Assembly (NCBI GenBank): GCA_965223905.1 | Contig: CBDCXV010000009.1 | Coordinates: 640,001 to 704,000, forward strand | Source of the DNA: Candidatus Latescibacterota bacterium | Lineage (GTDB): Bacteria; Latescibacterota; UBA2968; UBA8231 | Reading direction: 5' to 3' | DNA length: 64,000 bases | In this document: positions 47,318 through 57,332 of the stretch, piece by piece | Numbering within the stretch: the first letter of the stretch is position 1 | Layout of the letters: each line of letters starts with the position of its first letter | Translations under genes and position numbers: made by a program | The notes under the pieces: generated by a model | The model's input: only the letters and a program-made list of their open reading frames with translations | What the model was told of the DNA's origin: nothing | The model's database searches: none

Positions 47318-48286
47318 TCAATTTTCGCGTTCGACCACGAGGCGCGCGGCAGTTTCGAGGATTGCCAGCGGCACCGAGGGCTCCAGGCCTTTCAGGCACT
47401 CCCGCGCCATGCCGGCGTAACGGCGGGCCTCCTCTGCGGCCGAACCGATCCCGCCCTGCGTTTCGACGAAATGCACGACTTCCTCCCAGTCGGATTCCGC
47501 CTGATCCTCGCGCCGGAGAATCCCCTCGATCCGCTGGCCCTCGCCGTCGCGGGCGGCGGCGAGGGCGCGAATCAGCGGCAGAGTGATCTTGCCCTCCCGC
47601 AGATCGGAGCCGACCGGCTTGCCCATGGTGTCGGCGTCTCCGGTGAAATCGAGCATGTCGTCGGCGATCTGGAAGGCGAGCCCGAGGTACTCGCCGTACT
47701 TGCCAAGGGCCTCCGCCGTCCGCGCAGGCGCCCCGGCGATCAGGGGACCGATCTTGCAGGAGGCTGAGATCAGCGAGGCGGTCTTGTCCCCCACCATGGC
47801 GAAATAGGAGGACTCCCTCGTATCGCGCTGCAACGAGATCTGGGACTCGTGGATCTCTCCCTGAATGAGACGTTCCGTTGCCCCGGAAACCGCGGCCAGG
47901 GCATCGCGGTTGCCGAGGTCGACGAGCAGGGAGAGCGCCCGGGCGAACAGAAAGTCGCCGATCATCACCGCGGTGTGGTCGTTCCACTTGGAGTTGACCG
48001 ACGGCTTGCCCCGCCGCGTCTCGGCGCGGTCGACGACATCGTCGTGGATCATGGTGGCGGCGTGGATCATCTCGACCGCGACTCCGGCGTCGATGACGCG
48101 ATCGTCCCACGAGCCGGTCGCCTTGGTGCAGACCACGGCGAGAGCCGGCCGCAGCCTCTTCCCCTTGAGGGTGGCCATGTAGCGGGCCACCTGATTCACC
48201 ATTTCGACATCCGACCGCAACATCTCGTCGAGGCGGCGCTCGAAGATGTCGATCTCTTTCTGGATGGGGCCGAGCAGCTGGTCCAT
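47318..48286 (-). CDS. Polyprenyl diphosphate synthase (IspB/HepT-like)
   Basis: 'GKRLRP', 'HDDVVD...RRG', 'GDFLF', 'KTASL', 'AFQIADDMLD', 'GK..GSDL.EGK.TLP'. Confidence 0.92.
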   Translation of the reverse strand: MDQLLGPIQKEIDIFERRLDEMLRSDVEMVNQVARYMATLKGKRLRPALAVVCTKATGSWDDRVIDAGVAVEMIHAATMIHDDVVDRAETRRGKPSVNSKWNDHTAVMIGDFLFARALSLLVDLGNRDALAAVSGATERLIQGEIHESQISLQRDTRESSYFAMVGDKTASLISASCKIGPLIAGAPARTAEALGKYGEYLGLAFQIADDMLDFTGDADTMGKPVGSDLREGKITLPLIRALAAARDGEGQRIEGILRREDQAESDWEEVVHFVETQGGIGSAAEEARRYAGMARECLKGLEPSVPLAILETAARLVVEREN

Positions 48287-48441
48287 GTGGGGTCGGGAAT
48301 GCCGGGAAACGGGGGCCGGCAATCGGCGCCGGCATCGCGAAAACAGCGTCTAAATTGCGGATAATTTGGTAATTAAAAGAAAGACAGATAGGTGGAGTGT
48401 CAAAAGGGCGCGTGCGGCCGTCCTCCGCCCTCGGCCCGGTG

Positions 48442-49608
48442 TCACAGGTCGGGGTACATGCGCCCGCGGTTGAGGATCGAGCGGGGATCGAGGGCTTTCT
48501 TCAGCGCCCTGTTGGCCGCCATCAGCGGCGGCGGAAGGGGTGTGAACGCCAGGCTGTTGTCGTCCTGGGGGCCGGTGGAGAACCGCCACGCCCCGCCGCC
48601 GCAGTCGAGAGCGCTGGCGTGCAGGGCGGCCCGGTCGCAGCCGGCACGCATCAAGGCCCACACGGTGGCGCCGGCCTGGTCGAGGCCGCAGCGCACCAAT
48701 CCCTGCGGCCGCAGCCGTTCGACCAGGGAAACCGCTGCGCTCGGGGGAACCGAAAAGCGCCACAGTTCCTCGCCGGCCCCCGGTTGCATTGCCGCGAGCT
48801 CGCGGATATCCCGCCAAGTCCGACGGGACTGGCCGGCATCCAGTATCCCGGCGGCGCTTCCGGCCTCCCGCGCCAGTGTTTCGGCCTGCTCCACCACCGC
48901 TTCCTCCAGTCCCTCGACGCGGGCGAAGGTGCGGTTGTCCGTACCGCCTGCCGGGAACCAGGCCAGACCGCTGATTTCGCAGGGAAGACGGGCCCACGAA
49001 ATCAGTTTTTCGGCCGCCGCGCCGACGCCGAGCCCTTCGATGAGTACGGTGCGCTCGCTCTGCGGCCGCGGCCACAACTTCAGGCAGATCTCGGTCAGCA
49101 CCCCGAGAGTCCCGAAGGATCCTGTAAGGGCGCGGGGCAGGTCGTAGCCGGTGACGTTCTTGACCACCTTGCCGCCGGCGCGCACGAGCTCCCCCCGGCC
49201 CTCGACAAACTCGATCCCGAGGACGAAATCGCGGGCGGCCCCGGCCTTGAAACGCCGCGGTCCGGAAAGGCCGCAGGCGATCGTGCCGCCGAGGGTTGCC
49301 GAGGGGGACCAGTGCGGCGGCTCGAAGGCAAGGTGCTGGCCGCGCTCGGCGAGGAGCTGCTCCAGCGCGGCCAGTCTCATTCCGGGACGCGCGACGACTA
49401 TCAGCTCGTCCGGCTCGTAGCTGACGAGGCCGTCCAGCCCGGACAGCTCCAGCCGGTCCCCCTGCAGTCCGCCGCGGCCGAGAAAGGAGCGCGTGCCGTT
49501 GCCGGCGACCACCAGGCTGCGCCCGCGGTCGGCAGCCTGGTGCACCGTCTCGGCCAGCTCGCCCGGGTCGCCGGGCAGTGGTGTCTGTGCGCGAGTCGCC
49601 TGGGTCAT
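48442..49608 (-). CDS. glcE: Glycolate oxidase FAD-binding subunit
   Basis: 'YEPDELIV', 'ATLGG.IACGLSGPRR', 'GGKVVKNVTGYDL', 'DP..ILNRGR'. Confidence 0.88.
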   Translation of the reverse strand: MTQATRAQTPLPGDPGELAETVHQAADRGRSLVVAGNGTRSFLGRGGLQGDRLELSGLDGLVSYEPDELIVVARPGMRLAALEQLLAERGQHLAFEPPHWSPSATLGGTIACGLSGPRRFKAGAARDFVLGIEFVEGRGELVRAGGKVVKNVTGYDLPRALTGSFGTLGVLTEICLKLWPRPQSERTVLIEGLGVGAAAEKLISWARLPCEISGLAWFPAGGTDNRTFARVEGLEEAVVEQAETLAREAGSAAGILDAGQSRRTWRDIRELAAMQPGAGEELWRFSVPPSAAVSLVERLRPQGLVRCGLDQAGATVWALMRAGCDRAALHASALDCGGGAWRFSTGPQDDNSLAFTPLPPPLMAANRALKKALDPRSILNRGRMYPDL

Positions 49609-49611
49609 CGC

Positions 49612-51096
49612 TCAGAAACGCTCGAGCCCGGGAAAGGAGAGTTTCCCCCCTTGCACGTGCATGCGCCCTTCCGCGCAGCGCCGGAGCACGGGATACACCT
49701 TTCCCGGATTCAACAGGTTGCGGGGATCGAACGCCGCCTTGACGCGCTCCTGGGCGTCGAGGTCGGCGTCCCCGAACATGCAGGGCATGAGGTCCCGCTT
49801 CTCGATGCCGACGCCGTGCTCTCCCGTCAGCACGCCCCCGGCGGCGACGCAGAGCTTGAGGATCTCGGCGCCGAACTCCTCGGCTGTCTCCAGCTGCCCG
49901 GGCTGGTTGCCGTCGTAGAGGACGAGCGGATGCAGGTTGCCGTCCCCGGCGTGAAAGACGTTGGCAACGGCGAGACCGTACGATTCGGAAAGCTCCTGGA
50001 TGCGGCTCAGGACCTCCGGCAGGCGCCCCCTCGGAATGGTGCCGTCCATGCAGTAGTAATCCGGAGTGATCCTTCCCATCGCGGGAAACGCCGCCTTGCG
50101 GCCTGCCCACAGCTGCAGCCGCTCCGCCTCGTTCGCCGATTTCTTCATCTGTCCCGCCCCTGCGGCCAGCAGCAGCTCTTCGAGCCGCGGAAACTGGGCC
50201 TCGACCTCGGCGCGGGGACCGTCGAGCTCCACGAGCAGCAGCGACTCGACCCCGCGCGGGTACCCGCACCCGAGAAAGTCCTCGACCGCTTCGATCGCCA
50301 GCCGGTCCATGATCTCCATGCCCGCGGGAACCATCCCGGCGGCAATGATGTCGGCGACCGCGCGCCCGGCGGCCTGCACGCTGTCGAAGACCGCCATGAG
50401 GGCGCGCGCCGTCTCCGGCTTCGGCAGGATGCGCAGGGTCGCCTCGGTGATGAGGCCGAGGAGGCCCTCCGACCCCGTCATCAGGGCCAGCAGGTCGTAG
50501 CCGTTGCACTCCAGTCCCTTGCCGCCGATCTCGACGACCTCGCCGTCCGCCAGCACGATCTGCAGTCCGAGGACGTTGTTGGTCGTCGTGCCGTACTTGA
50601 GGCAGTGCACGCCGCCGGAGTTCTCGGCGATGTTGCCCCCGATGGTGCAGGCGAGCTGGCTCGAAGGATCCGGGGCGTAGTAGAACCCCCGGTGCTGGAC
50701 CGCATGGGTTACCCCGAGGTTGGTGACCCCCGGCTCGACGGTGACTGTGCGGTTGTCGTAGTCGATGTCGAGGATGCGGTTCATCGCCGCCATGCTGACG
50801 ACGACGCCGTCCTGCAGCGGCAGGGCGCCTCCGGACAGCCCGGTTCCCGCCCCCCAGGGAACGATCGGGATGCCGAGGTCGCAGCAGGTTTTCATCAGGC
50901 CGGACACCTGTTCCGTCGAGCGGGGCAGGACGACCGCCATGGGAACCTGGCGGTACGCCGACAGGGCGTCGCATTCGTACGCCACCAGGTCCTCCTGTCG
51001 GTGGACGACCTGGCTTTCGTCGAGGAGCCGTCGGAGTCTGCGCACCAACTCGTCGCGGCGCTGCAGGCGGGCGGGATCGGGTTGTGGAAGCTGCAT
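49612..51096 (-). CDS. glcD: Glycolate oxidase subunit (FAD-linked oxidase)
   Basis: 'YECDAL', 'GAGTGLSGG', 'YAPDPSSQ.ACTIGGN', 'FHAGDGNLHP', 'GEHGVG.EK'. Confidence 0.92.
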   Translation of the reverse strand: MQLPQPDPARLQRRDELVRRLRRLLDESQVVHRQEDLVAYECDALSAYRQVPMAVVLPRSTEQVSGLMKTCCDLGIPIVPWGAGTGLSGGALPLQDGVVVSMAAMNRILDIDYDNRTVTVEPGVTNLGVTHAVQHRGFYYAPDPSSQLACTIGGNIAENSGGVHCLKYGTTTNNVLGLQIVLADGEVVEIGGKGLECNGYDLLALMTGSEGLLGLITEATLRILPKPETARALMAVFDSVQAAGRAVADIIAAGMVPAGMEIMDRLAIEAVEDFLGCGYPRGVESLLLVELDGPRAEVEAQFPRLEELLLAAGAGQMKKSANEAERLQLWAGRKAAFPAMGRITPDYYCMDGTIPRGRLPEVLSRIQELSESYGLAVANVFHAGDGNLHPLVLYDGNQPGQLETAEEFGAEILKLCVAAGGVLTGEHGVGIEKRDLMPCMFGDADLDAQERVKAAFDPRNLLNPGKVYPVLRRCAEGRMHVQGGKLSFPGLERF

Positions 51097-51112
51097 GGGG
51101 AAACCCCCTGGT

Positions 51113-52126
51113 TCAGCCGGAGCCGTCGAGTCCGAGCTCTTCGGAGTAGGCGAACAGGGCGGGGGTGCCGCCGGTGTGCACGAACACCAGGGTGTGTTCG
51201 CGGGACCACCAGCCGCGTCCGATGTGGGCGATCAGCCCGGCCATGGTCTTTCCGGTGTACGAGGGGTCGAGGAGAAGCCCCTCGGCGCGGGCGACCTGTC
51301 TGATGGCGTCGCGGGCTTCTTCGGTGACGACGCCGTAGTCCGGTCCGACGAACTCGGCGTAGCTCTCGAACTCGGCCGGCTCGAACTCGAGGTCGAGGTC
51401 GAGAATGCGCGCCTGCTCTGCGGCCAGGGCGGCCATGCGCCGCGCCGCCTCGGCGTCGTCGCGCGGGGCGGAACTGATTCCGACGATGCGCAGGCCGAGT
51501 CCCAGCGCCTTGCTGGCGACCACCATGCCGGTATGGGTGTGGGCGCCGGAGCATACGTAGATGGCGTCGGGCCGGACCTCCCTGCTCTGCAGCTGCTCCC
51601 ACAGCTCGAGGAAGCCGTCGACGTAGGCGATGCCGCGGTATGTGTAGCCGTCCGTGCTGGTGTTGAAGGGACGGTTGCCCGAGGCGCGCAGCTCTTCCAT
51701 GCGCGCCGCGATCGCCGCGGTCTGGGAGTCCGGCGGTTCCAGGAAAACCTCGGCCCCGAAGAGACGCGAAAGCAGCAGATTGCCCTGGCTGTGGGCATGG
51801 GCGTCCCGGCGGCCGACGACGACGGAACGCATTCCGAGCCTGGCGGCGACGGCGGCGGTCTGGCGCGACTGGTTCGACTGCGCCGCGGCCCCGTGGAGCA
51901 GCACGTCGCAGCCCTGCTCCACCGCCTGCGCCAGCGAGTACTCGAACTCCCTGATCTTGTTCCCCCCCATGGCCAGGCCGGTGAGGTCCTCCCGCTTGAC
52001 GAACAGGCGGGGCCCAAGCTCGGCGCTCAGCCGCGGCAACGGCTCGAGCGGGGTAGGGAGAACCGCGAGGTTCAAGCGGGGCAGGCGCCCCAGGCGCTCG
52101 CGGATTTCTGTCGCCGTGAAGATCAT
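51113..52126 (-). CDS. D-cysteine desulfhydrase / ACC deaminase family PLP enzyme
   Basis: 'PTPL', 'KREDLTG..MGGNKIR', 'QSNQ.RQTAA', 'LLDPSYTGK', 'HTGG'. Confidence 0.88.
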   Translation of the reverse strand: MIFTATEIRERLGRLPRLNLAVLPTPLEPLPRLSAELGPRLFVKREDLTGLAMGGNKIREFEYSLAQAVEQGCDVLLHGAAAQSNQSRQTAAVAARLGMRSVVVGRRDAHAHSQGNLLLSRLFGAEVFLEPPDSQTAAIAARMEELRASGNRPFNTSTDGYTYRGIAYVDGFLELWEQLQSREVRPDAIYVCSGAHTHTGMVVASKALGLGLRIVGISSAPRDDAEAARRMAALAAEQARILDLDLEFEPAEFESYAEFVGPDYGVVTEEARDAIRQVARAEGLLLDPSYTGKTMAGLIAHIGRGWWSREHTLVFVHTGGTPALFAYSEELGLDGSG

Positions 52127-52237
52127 GGGGATCGGTCCCAGGCTGCGAGGAAGGGGTTAGAAGATAGGTTCGGGCCGGGCAGGGAGCCACCGCCGCCCGC
52201 CCGCACGACAGCAGATAAGTTCAATGCAGCAAACAAG

Positions 52238-52266
52238 TTGTCGAATTCAGGAGGCGTCCTTAGTTT
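52238..52266 (+). promoter_or_regulatory. Putative sigma70 promoter for the ABC/DUF1854 operon
   Basis: TTGTCG-17 nt-TAGTTT in an AT-rich intergenic region. Confidence 0.4.
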
Positions 52267-52374
52267 TAACGGATGTAACATTTCCCGCCGTTAGCTTTAC
52301 AGTTCGGCCCCTTCTCGCTGCCTTCCTCCCCCCGCGAGACCCAGGTGCCGCGCTGATACCGACTCCCCGGCGAT

Positions 52375-54663
52375 ATGGACCTGGTAGAGCCGATTCCGCC
52401 CGAACTCGAGGGACACCTGCGCCGGAAGCTGCGGCCCGGCGAGCTGCTGATGGTGTTGCTGTCGTCGGACATCTCGCAGAAGGGACGCTTCGACGAGTCC
52501 TGGCTGGCGATGACGGACGAGCGCCTTATGGTGCTGCGCTCGAACGGCGGCGGCATGGAAGAGCTGGAGGAGATTCCGCTCGCCGACATCGAGAAGGTTC
52601 GCACCAGGAGCTACGTCGGCAACGGCACTCTGGTCGTCGACCTGCCGGGGGGCAGCCGCGAGATCGTGCGTTTCTCCCAGGGAGCGTTCTACAAGTTCTC
52701 GGCGGTTCCCCAGGTCGTCGAAGCCGCCCTCGTGCATCCGGCCGCTGAGGAAGCCGCCAGCGACGCCCCTCTCATGCGCCGCGTCGAGTACTGCCGGACC
52801 TGCGGCCGCGCCCTGCGTTCGGGCTCGACGGTATGTCCGAACTGCATCCGCAAGACGGAGACCTTCTGGCGGCTGCTCTCCTACATTCGCCCGTACAAAC
52901 TGATCGCCGCCGCCGGTTTCCTGCTGACCGTAACCGTCACCGCCATCACTCTGCTGCCGCCGTTGCTGAACGAGAAGTTGATAGACGACGTCCTCACCCC
53001 TGTCATCTACGAGTACACCAGCCTCGAGGAAAGCGGCGCCTCGCTCGAGCACTGGAGCCCTCCCGCGGAAGCGGTGACCCTGCTGTCCTGGATCGTCCTC
53101 GGCCTGCTGGGAATCCACCTCGGCCGTACCCTTCTCAACAGCCTGCGCAGCTACAGCCTCGGCTGGCTCGGGCAGCGCGTGGTGTACGACCTGCAGACGG
53201 AGATCTTCGAGTACCTGCAGTTCATGTCGCTGAGCTTTTACAGCCGCATGAGCACCGGCCGGGTGATGAACCGCGTCACCGGGGACACCGACCGCATGCG
53301 CCAGTTCATCACGCGCGGCTTTCAGGACATGGTGATCTCCGGCCTCACCGTCGTCGGGATCGGCGCCGTACTGCTCTACAAGAACTGGCAGCTGGCCCTG
53401 CTCGCCTTGGTGCCGACCTCGATGATCGCCGTGGGGACGATCTTCTACACCCGGCGCGTGCACTGGGTCTACCACACGATCTGGCGGCGTGTCGCCACGC
53501 TCAACGCCCACCTCGCCGACACCATCCCCGGCGTCAAGGTGGTCAAGGCGTTCGCCCAGGAAGACAGGGAGCGCAGGCGCTTCGACCGGCGCAACGACCA
53601 GCTCGTCGAAGCGCGCATGGCGTCGGTCAGGATGCGCTCCCTTTTCCTGCCCGGCATCGCCTTCTTCACATCGGTGGGATCGGTGGTTCTCTGGTGGTTC
53701 GGCGGCCATCGCGTCCTCAACGCGACGCTGACTCTCGGGGAGCTGCAGGCGTTCATCTCCTACATGATGATGTTCTACACCCCGGTGGGGACCCTCTGCA
53801 CCCTTTCCGACGACCTCGAGTCGGCCGCCACCTCGGCGGAACGGGTATTCGAGATCCTCGACATCGAACCGGATATCGTCGATGCCCCCGGCGCCATCGA
53901 TCCGGGGGTCATCGCGGGCGGCGTCGAGTTTCGCGACGTCAGCTTCACCTACGACGGCTTCGCGCGCATCCTCGACCGCGTCTCCTTCGCAGCCGAGCCC
54001 GGAGAGATGATCGGCATCGTGGGACCGAGCGGTGCCGGCAAATCGACGCTGGTGAACCTCGTCTCCCGGTTCTACGACGCCACCGACGGCGCCGTCCTCA
54101 TCGACGGTATCCCGGTCACCGAGCTGAAGCAGCAGAAGCTGCGTGCCCAGGTCGGCGTCGTCCTGCAGGAGCCGCTGCTGTTCCAGGGCACCATCGCCGA
54201 CAACATCGCCTACGGCCGCCCGCAAGCGGAGCCCGAGGAGGTGATCGCCGCGGCGAGAGCGGCGAACGCCCACCAGTTCATCATGAATTTTCCCGACGGC
54301 TACAACACCGAGGTGGGGGAGCGCGGGGGGCGGCTGTCGGGGGGCGAGCGCCAGCGGATCTCCATCGCCCGGGCCCTGATCGGCGACCCGCGCATCCTGA
54401 TCCTCGACGAGGCGACCAGCTCGGTGGACACCGAAACGGAGTACGAGATCCAGGAGGCGCTGGAGAGACTGATCGCCGACCGCACCACCTTTGCGATCGC
54501 CCACCGCCTGTCGACCCTAAAGAATGCCGACCGCCTGCTTGTGCTGGAGCGCGGCAGGGTCGCCGAGGTCGGCACCCACGCCGAGTTGCTCGAGCGCGAG
54601 GAAGGGGTATACCGGCGCCTCGTCGAAATGCAGTCGGAGCTCGCCAGGGTGCGGGCACTGTAG
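52375..54663 (+). CDS. ABC exporter (TMD+NBD) with N-terminal PH-like and zinc-ribbon extension
   Basis: 'CRTCG...CPNC'; TMD; Walker A 'GPSGAGKS'; 'LSGGERQR'; 'DEATSS'; 'AHRLST'. Confidence 0.92.
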   Translation: MDLVEPIPPELEGHLRRKLRPGELLMVLLSSDISQKGRFDESWLAMTDERLMVLRSNGGGMEELEEIPLADIEKVRTRSYVGNGTLVVDLPGGSREIVRFSQGAFYKFSAVPQVVEAALVHPAAEEAASDAPLMRRVEYCRTCGRALRSGSTVCPNCIRKTETFWRLLSYIRPYKLIAAAGFLLTVTVTAITLLPPLLNEKLIDDVLTPVIYEYTSLEESGASLEHWSPPAEAVTLLSWIVLGLLGIHLGRTLLNSLRSYSLGWLGQRVVYDLQTEIFEYLQFMSLSFYSRMSTGRVMNRVTGDTDRMRQFITRGFQDMVISGLTVVGIGAVLLYKNWQLALLALVPTSMIAVGTIFYTRRVHWVYHTIWRRVATLNAHLADTIPGVKVVKAFAQEDRERRRFDRRNDQLVEARMASVRMRSLFLPGIAFFTSVGSVVLWWFGGHRVLNATLTLGELQAFISYMMMFYTPVGTLCTLSDDLESAATSAERVFEILDIEPDIVDAPGAIDPGVIAGGVEFRDVSFTYDGFARILDRVSFAAEPGEMIGIVGPSGAGKSTLVNLVSRFYDATDGAVLIDGIPVTELKQQKLRAQVGVVLQEPLLFQGTIADNIAYGRPQAEPEEVIAAARAANAHQFIMNFPDGYNTEVGERGGRLSGGERQRISIARALIGDPRILILDEATSSVDTETEYEIQEALERLIADRTTFAIAHRLSTLKNADRLLVLERGRVAEVGTHAELLEREEGVYRRLVEMQSELARVRAL

Positions 54664-54672
54664 GAGGATGGA

Positions 54673-55167
54673 ATGACCGGACGGAAAACGGACGGCGGAA
54701 TGCTGGACGAGAGAGAGGTGAAGCTGGTGGGCAACGCCGCGGGTCAGCTCTGCCTGTCGGCCGCGGGAGAATCGTTCGCCGAGGTCAGCGTGCGGCGCGC
54801 CTTTCCACTGGAATTCCCTTTCCGCTACATCTCGTTCCTCGACGGCGAGGGGACGGAAATCGGGATGATCGGCGATCTCGAGTTGCTGGAGCTGGCCAGC
54901 CGGGAGTTGCTGAGAGAGGCGCTGCACCGCACCTATTTCCTCCCGGTTGTCGAGGGGATCCCCCATATCCGGGAGGAGTACGGGGTCATCCAGGCCGACC
55001 TGGAAACCTCCAGCGGCCCGCGGCGGATCGAGGTCCGCGGCTACCGGCGGAACGTCCGGCCCCTGTCGCGCGGCCGCGCCCTCATCGAGGACGTCGACGG
55101 CAACCGCTACGAGCTGCGCGACCGGTCGCGGCTGCCGAAACGGACCCGCGAGATACTTGGTCTGTAG
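54673..55167 (+). CDS. DUF1854-like protein
   Basis: 'RAFPL....YISF.D..G.EIG', 'RTYFLP', 'D.DGNRY'; directly after the ABC gene. Confidence 0.75.
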   Translation: MTGRKTDGGMLDEREVKLVGNAAGQLCLSAAGESFAEVSVRRAFPLEFPFRYISFLDGEGTEIGMIGDLELLELASRELLREALHRTYFLPVVEGIPHIREEYGVIQADLETSSGPRRIEVRGYRRNVRPLSRGRALIEDVDGNRYELRDRSRLPKRTREILGL

Positions 55168-55225
55168 ATGAACCTCCGGCCCGCGGCCGGCGTCTGAGGT
55201 TCTTCCTGGAAGGGCAGGCCCCGAC

Positions 55226-56044
55226 TCAACCCGCGTCGCCGAAGAAGCGGCGCATCTTCTCCATGCCGATGTGCACCGTTTCCGCGGGGTCCCGCTCCCA
55301 CCACTCGCGGTTGAACAGCTCGAGCGAGACGTACCCCGCGTAGCCGCTGGCGACGGCCTGCCGTTCGATTTCCCGCAGCCGCCCGGCGCCGTCTCCGGGC
55401 ATGACGCGGTCGGCGTCCCCCTGCTGCGGCAGCGGCGGCGCCGGGGGGACGTCGTTCCAGTGCCAGATGGCGACGCGGTCCCCCGGGACTTGGGCGATCT
55501 CCGCCACCGAGCCGCCACCGCGCAGGATATGGAAGGGGTCCATCACCACCCGGGCTTCGGGATGGTCGGCGCCGCGGGCGATCTCCCAGGCCTGGGAGAT
55601 GGTGTGGACCGAGCCTGCGAACCCGAGGAACTCCATCGCCGGCCATACCCCGAACCCGCTTCCGAGCTCGATCAGCTCTCGGTACTGCTCAGCGGCCCCG
55701 TCGAGGTCGCACCGTTCCAGCGGCGGCGAGGCGACGATGCGCCGGGAACCGATGGCCGCGGCCTGCTCCATGCGCCTCCCTGCTTCGGTCAGGGCCGCGG
55801 CGTGCTCCTTTCCGCGGGAGCCGAGCCAGCCGTGCACGGCGATGACCCCGGGGACCTCGAGGCCGCGGTCCTCCAGCGCCCTGCGAATATCTGCGAGCGC
55901 ACCTCCGGCCTGCAGGCAGGCGTCGATATCGTCGCTCCACAGCTCGAGGGCGCGGAAGCCGGCCTCGGAAGCCAGGCGAATCTTGTCGAGCAGGGGAACG
56001 GGCTGGATCGTGCTGCTGTTGAGGCAGTACTGGAAACGCGGCAT
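55226..56044 (-). CDS. Sugar phosphate isomerase/epimerase (AP-endonuclease-2 TIM barrel)
   Basis: 'AGF.ALELW', 'MEFLG', 'DPFH', 'HWND', 'R.MPGDG', 'GY.GYVSLELF'. Confidence 0.85.
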   Translation of the reverse strand: MPRFQYCLNSSTIQPVPLLDKIRLASEAGFRALELWSDDIDACLQAGGALADIRRALEDRGLEVPGVIAVHGWLGSRGKEHAAALTEAGRRMEQAAAIGSRRIVASPPLERCDLDGAAEQYRELIELGSGFGVWPAMEFLGFAGSVHTISQAWEIARGADHPEARVVMDPFHILRGGGSVAEIAQVPGDRVAIWHWNDVPPAPPLPQQGDADRVMPGDGAGRLREIERQAVASGYAGYVSLELFNREWWERDPAETVHIGMEKMRRFFGDAG

Positions 56045-56080
56045 GTGGGATCTCCGGCGGATGAAACCGACTTCGAGCTG

Positions 56081-57103
56081 TCAGGCGACGTGCAGGTAGT
56101 CGCGGCCCTCGGCAAGGGCCATGCGCTGCAGCTCGCGGCCAATCTCGGCCCGGGCACCCCGCGAGGCAACCGCGGACAGCAGCATCGGGTTGCGGCAGCG
56201 GCGCCAGCGTTCGGCGAACTCCGCGGCCGAGACGATGGCGACCCGGCGCAGGGTGCGGCCGATCCTTGCAGGGTCGATGTCGATGAAAGCGGCGGGGGTG
56301 CATCCTCCCCTGGCCAGGTGCTTCGACAGGCGCCTCCCGGTCTTTCCCGCGCCCCAGACGAAGACGGCGTCGCGCCCCCGCAGCGGACCGGCGAGCAGGT
56401 AGTGGGCTTTTGCCCGGAGGAAGTTCTCCACCGAATAACGGCTGTCGGTGCGGGTCAGTCGGCCCGGGTGCTCGCGCCAGCGCAGCAGCACCTCGGGGAC
56501 CTTGGCGAAGCGCACCCCCGCGGCGGCGAGCCGCAGCCACAGATCGTAGTCCTCGGCCCAGCCGCGGTCCTCGTATCCCCCGGCCTCCTCCAGGACGTTC
56601 CGGCGAACGCAGGCGCTCGGATGGGTGATCGGGCTTTCGACGAAGATCTCCCTGACGATCTCCTCGTGGGTCCGAAGCCGGTTCTGCCACCCGAGGTACA
56701 CGCGCATGCCCTCGCCGACCTGCGCCCGGGGGAACCCCTCGACGAGACAGCCGACGACCCCGAGCCCGGGGTCGCGTTCCAGCATTTCCACCTGCCTCTC
56801 CAGGCGTTCCGGGAGGGAGTGGTCGTCGGCATCCATGCGGGCGACACAGGGAGCGCGGCAGTGCCTCAGGCCGGCGTTGAGTGCGGCGATCAGGCCGGCG
56901 CGGCCCAGGGTCACGGGGCGGATGCGAGGGTCGCTGGCAGCAGCCTCCCGCAAGATGCGGCTGCTGCCGTCCCCGGAGCCGTCGTCGACGGCGACGACCT
57001 CGAGATCGCGCAGGGTCTGCCCGCAGATGCTCCGCAGGGCTTCGGCAAGGGTCTCCTCGGCGTTGTATACCGGCAGCAGGACGGAAACCCTGGGCAGGGA
57101 CAT
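56081..57103 (-). CDS. Glycosyltransferase family 2
   Basis: 'VSVLLPVYNA', 'VDDGS.D', 'ARMDADD', 'AEDYDLWLR'. Confidence 0.9.
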   Translation of the reverse strand: MSLPRVSVLLPVYNAEETLAEALRSICGQTLRDLEVVAVDDGSGDGSSRILREAAASDPRIRPVTLGRAGLIAALNAGLRHCRAPCVARMDADDHSLPERLERQVEMLERDPGLGVVGCLVEGFPRAQVGEGMRVYLGWQNRLRTHEEIVREIFVESPITHPSACVRRNVLEEAGGYEDRGWAEDYDLWLRLAAAGVRFAKVPEVLLRWREHPGRLTRTDSRYSVENFLRAKAHYLLAGPLRGRDAVFVWGAGKTGRRLSKHLARGGCTPAAFIDIDPARIGRTLRRVAIVSAAEFAERWRRCRNPMLLSAVASRGARAEIGRELQRMALAEGRDYLHVA

Positions 57104-57332
57104 GGTTGGTTTTCCGGTCATGGAAGGCCAGGCATCAGGGGGCCAGGGAGACTATTGCCCGTGAGGTTGGGCCGGGAAGGCGACGAGAGCGGCAGACCGG
57201 GATCAAGCGGGAAATCGCAGGGATGATCCGGTCGATTCATCCCCATGGGTCCCCATTGAATGCGCCGCCAACCCCTATATTGAAAAGCCCGGAACGAGCG
57301 TTGGAAAGCCGGCTGAATGAGCGAGGCCCTGC

